Part shown: piece by piece, positions 61,165 through 64,000 of the stretch | Numbering within the stretch: the stretch's first letter is position 1 | Layout: every line of letters begins with the position of its first letter | Assembly (NCBI GenBank): GCA_030390025.1 | Contig: CM059432.1 | Coordinates: 105,898,001-105,962,000, forward strand | DNA from: Squalus acanthias | Lineage: Eukaryota | Reading direction: 5' to 3' | DNA length: 64,000 nucleotides | Translations under genes and position numbers: made by a program | The notes under the pieces: generated by a model | Seen by the model: the letters and a program-made list of their open reading frames with translations, nothing else | What the model was told of the DNA's origin: nothing | Databases searched by the model: none

Positions 61165-61830
61165 GAGGGAGATTTTTTGTCAACCTACCACTCCGTTCAT
61201 GCTGAAAAGTTGGGATGGTCGGCAAATGAAAAGTACAAAAAGAATCTCCTGCCCATTGACTGCCCGACTTGATTTTTAAGCAGGCCTCAAAATGGACGGC
61301 CACGATCTCGCCTTATTTCAATATTTAAATCAGTTTCCTACAATCGGCATAGGACCCCGATGCAATTGTTGTGGCCAATGGGCAAACGTGCACCACGCAA
61401 GCTCTGCCCAGTGGTGCTGAGCAGGCTAACCAAGGGTCCTTAAAGGCACTGCTGGAGGTGGCACCTGAAACAAAATAAAAAATATTTAAAGATTTCTGCG
61501 GGGCTTGGGGGAGTAGTCATTCTTCTCCTGGATCACGAAAATCTTCCGGCCTGCTGCCGGCCTCTCCACGCACCCGCCCCCCCAGCCCACTCGCTAACCC
61601 CCCACCCCGTGATTACCTTCCCCACCCTTTAACTCATTACTTCTGCCTCAGCTCTGCGGAGGAGCCACAAGAACCTCCCCACCCTAATCGGCTGTCAGCG
61701 CTGCTTCAGCACATGCATCTCGCGCCATTATGCAGTTGAGGTCCAGCCATGTAGATGGCTTAGGCCTCCTAATCATGCAATCAGGTGGGCGGTGTCACAG
61801 GATCTGCACTCCAGATAAAAACCGGACCCT
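61165..61830. mobile_element. Possible old non-autonomous DNA element
   Basis: GC-rich block resembling the other Harbinger MITE interiors; termini are degenerate and no clear TSD is visible. Confidence 0.35.
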
Positions 61831-62959
61831 ATAACTTGGGGATAGACACTGGAAATGCAACTACAAATGCACTATATTCACATTTTTCAACCTAATAGTT
61901 AAAGGTATTACAAACATTGTCATCAGAAATGATACTGTTCTGTGTAAAGATCTCACAATAAATATGTTTTTTTTAAAAAGGGTTGCATAGCATTTGCGTT
62001 GTGCATGTCATTACAATACAAGAAAGGTAGTACAGCATTACATAAATCTTGCGGTACTCAGACTGCCAATAATGTCTACTCATTTTCACAGAGAAGGGTA
62101 ATGAACAACAACAGTGCCCACAGTGGTACAGGTGGAGGCAACAACTCAATGAAGTCCCTGAGAATCTTAGACGAAGAATGTGGGCCTGTATCAATATGTA
62201 GATATATGGAAGGATATAGAAAGGAGATACACACAAGCTGGTATTGTCTAAATTCATGCAATGTTTTCCTGAATTTCAGAGCAGATAACATGAACAAATT
62301 AATGCTCTCACACAGAGAGCATCATTTTTCCACATCTTTACAAAGTAATGGAAGTGAATTGTAAAAGTGCACTAGATAATGGTGCAAGAAACAATGTGGC
62401 CCAACCAGAACCAGAGCAACACAGTGCATCAGAATGCCCAACATTACCACGTGTACTATGTGCCCGTCCACATACTACCATTTGTGAATTTGAAGGGTCA
62501 AGAGGAAGAAATTACCCTTAAGTAATAACAACACATTTGTGAGGAAGTTTATAAAATCAAATACGTTTCCTCATCAGTTTAAACAATGCACTTTTTTGTA
62601 GCTGTTTCTACCATGAAGGAAAATGTAGGCTGTTGTACCTTGGGGATTCTTCATGATGAGCATATACATGTGGAATCCTTTGGCTTCTTCTGCAAACAGT
62701 CTGGAATGTAGACAGCCAAGGGAACATGCACCACATTAAATCTCTGGTGTGTGTAATACTCATAGTATTATCATCACAGATCTCCTGAGCTGCACATCTG
62801 GATTGTAGCATATCTGTCATAAAGCTTGGTCCATTTGTTCATTCCTCACACTATCCAACAGACACTAATTTTTCAACCATTAAATACTTAAGTGTAACAG
62901 AACTAACACGGGGGTGGGGGGGGGAATGCCTGCCTCTGCACCAATGTACTGAATTTGTA

Positions 62960-63150
62960 AAGAAAGACTTGCATTTATATAGCGCCTTTCACGACCACCG
63001 GACGTCTCAAAGCACTTTACAGCCAATGAAGTACTTTTGAAGTGGAGTCACTGTTGTAATGTGGGAAACGCGGCAGCCAATTTGCGCACAGCAAGCTCCC
63101 ACTAACAGCAATGTGATAATGACCAGATAATCTGTTTTTGGTTATGTTGG
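62960..63150 (-). mobile_element. DeuSINE-like SINE 3' part with L2-like tail
   Basis: ACTTGCATTTATATAGCGCCTTT..CTTTACAGCCAATGAAGTACTTTTGAAG..GCAGCCAATTTGCGCACAGCAAG. Confidence 0.7.
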
Positions 63151-63489
63151 TAAACACATTTATAAAGAACTGGGCCGTGACTTTCCTACACACAATGCAC
63201 AGAGGATATCTATTCTTTCAGCTGCTTCTGTGAATGTTATTTTACACTATCATGCTGATCATCAGGTCTTTGAGAAGTATGGTAGATATTATACCAAATA
63301 TACAACTAGAGCAAAGTTGAAACTGTTCAGTGTATTTAGAGAATATCTCTCATGAAAAAAATTATCTTACCAACTGCAGTTCTCTGCTCCCTTTCAGTAA
63401 CATCATCTTTCAAAAGTATACAGAATATCAGCTTTTGCATTCTTATATAACGATTAATTTAAATGGCAAGAATTTCGGGAAGGCAATGG

Positions 63490-63645
63490 TAATGTAATTT
63501 AATGTCATGGGGAGATGGTTATGCTCTCTCTTGTTGGAGATGGTCATTGCCTGACACTTCTGTGCCACAAATGTTACTTCCTACTTATCAGCCCAAGTCT
63601 GGATGTTGCCTAGGTCTTGCTGCATGGACTGCTTCATTATCTGAG
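63490..63645 (-). mobile_element. Decayed fragment of the 53095-56150 LINE family
   Basis: MQQDLGNIQTWADK matches MQQDLDDIQAWADK at ~55308. Confidence 0.75.
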
Positions 63646-63699
63646 CATACTGCCCAAGGAGACGGTGAAAGTGGATAGTGTCAGCAAATTCTGGATAGT

Positions 63700-64000
63700 T
63701 TTTTGATAAAAGAATATTGAGGGTATAAGAGATAGAATATTGAATGCTAGGAGTACCCAGGATACAAAGTATCAAGAATGATATAATATGAACATGGCTT
63801 CGACAAGAAATAACGCTTATATAGAAGATCCAAGAAAGACAATTGCAATGGTTTGGGCGCATTTCAAGAATGGGAACAGCTAGAATACCTTTCATGGCCC
63901 TGCATACAGAGGTACATGGAAGAAGAAGCTGAGGAAGATCAAGGAAGCGCTGGATAGACAATGTCAAGAGTGGCTTGTCACAGAAAGGAATACGGATGAC
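63700..64000 (+). mobile_element. RTE-clade LINE 3' fragment
   Basis: Translates IQERQLQWFGRISRM..RIP..HGRRS*GRSRKRWIDNVK, typical of the RTE ORF C-terminus. Confidence 0.65.

Noticed and set aside
61999..62820. Short ORFs in unique-looking DNA
   Set aside because: No recognisable motifs; possibly a very old TE remnant.

Overview
Eukaryotic, gene-poor DNA made mostly of transposable elements, most likely from a cartilaginous fish. That assignment is an inference from the HE1/V-SINE, the CR1 families and the Penelope termini. No host protein-coding gene could be recognised. The window holds at least 15 PIF/Harbinger DNA-transposon insertions. One (2466-6626) is near-intact, with perfect TIRs, an ATA TSD, an open DDE transposase and a 3-exon Myb/SANT partner gene carrying a single nonsense codon. 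The others are decayed two-gene copies and several non-autonomous families. Also present are one full-length CR1 LINE, many CR1 fragments, a second EN-RT LINE family, L2 and RTE fragments, a V-SINE, two DeuSINE-like tails and two hAT MITEs. Penelope-like elements carry minimal hammerhead-ribozyme motifs, and two of them are ~200-bp fold-back copies. Insertions are nested up to four layers deep and can be ordered from their TSDs. Coordinates were read by eye, so edges of old fragments are approximate.
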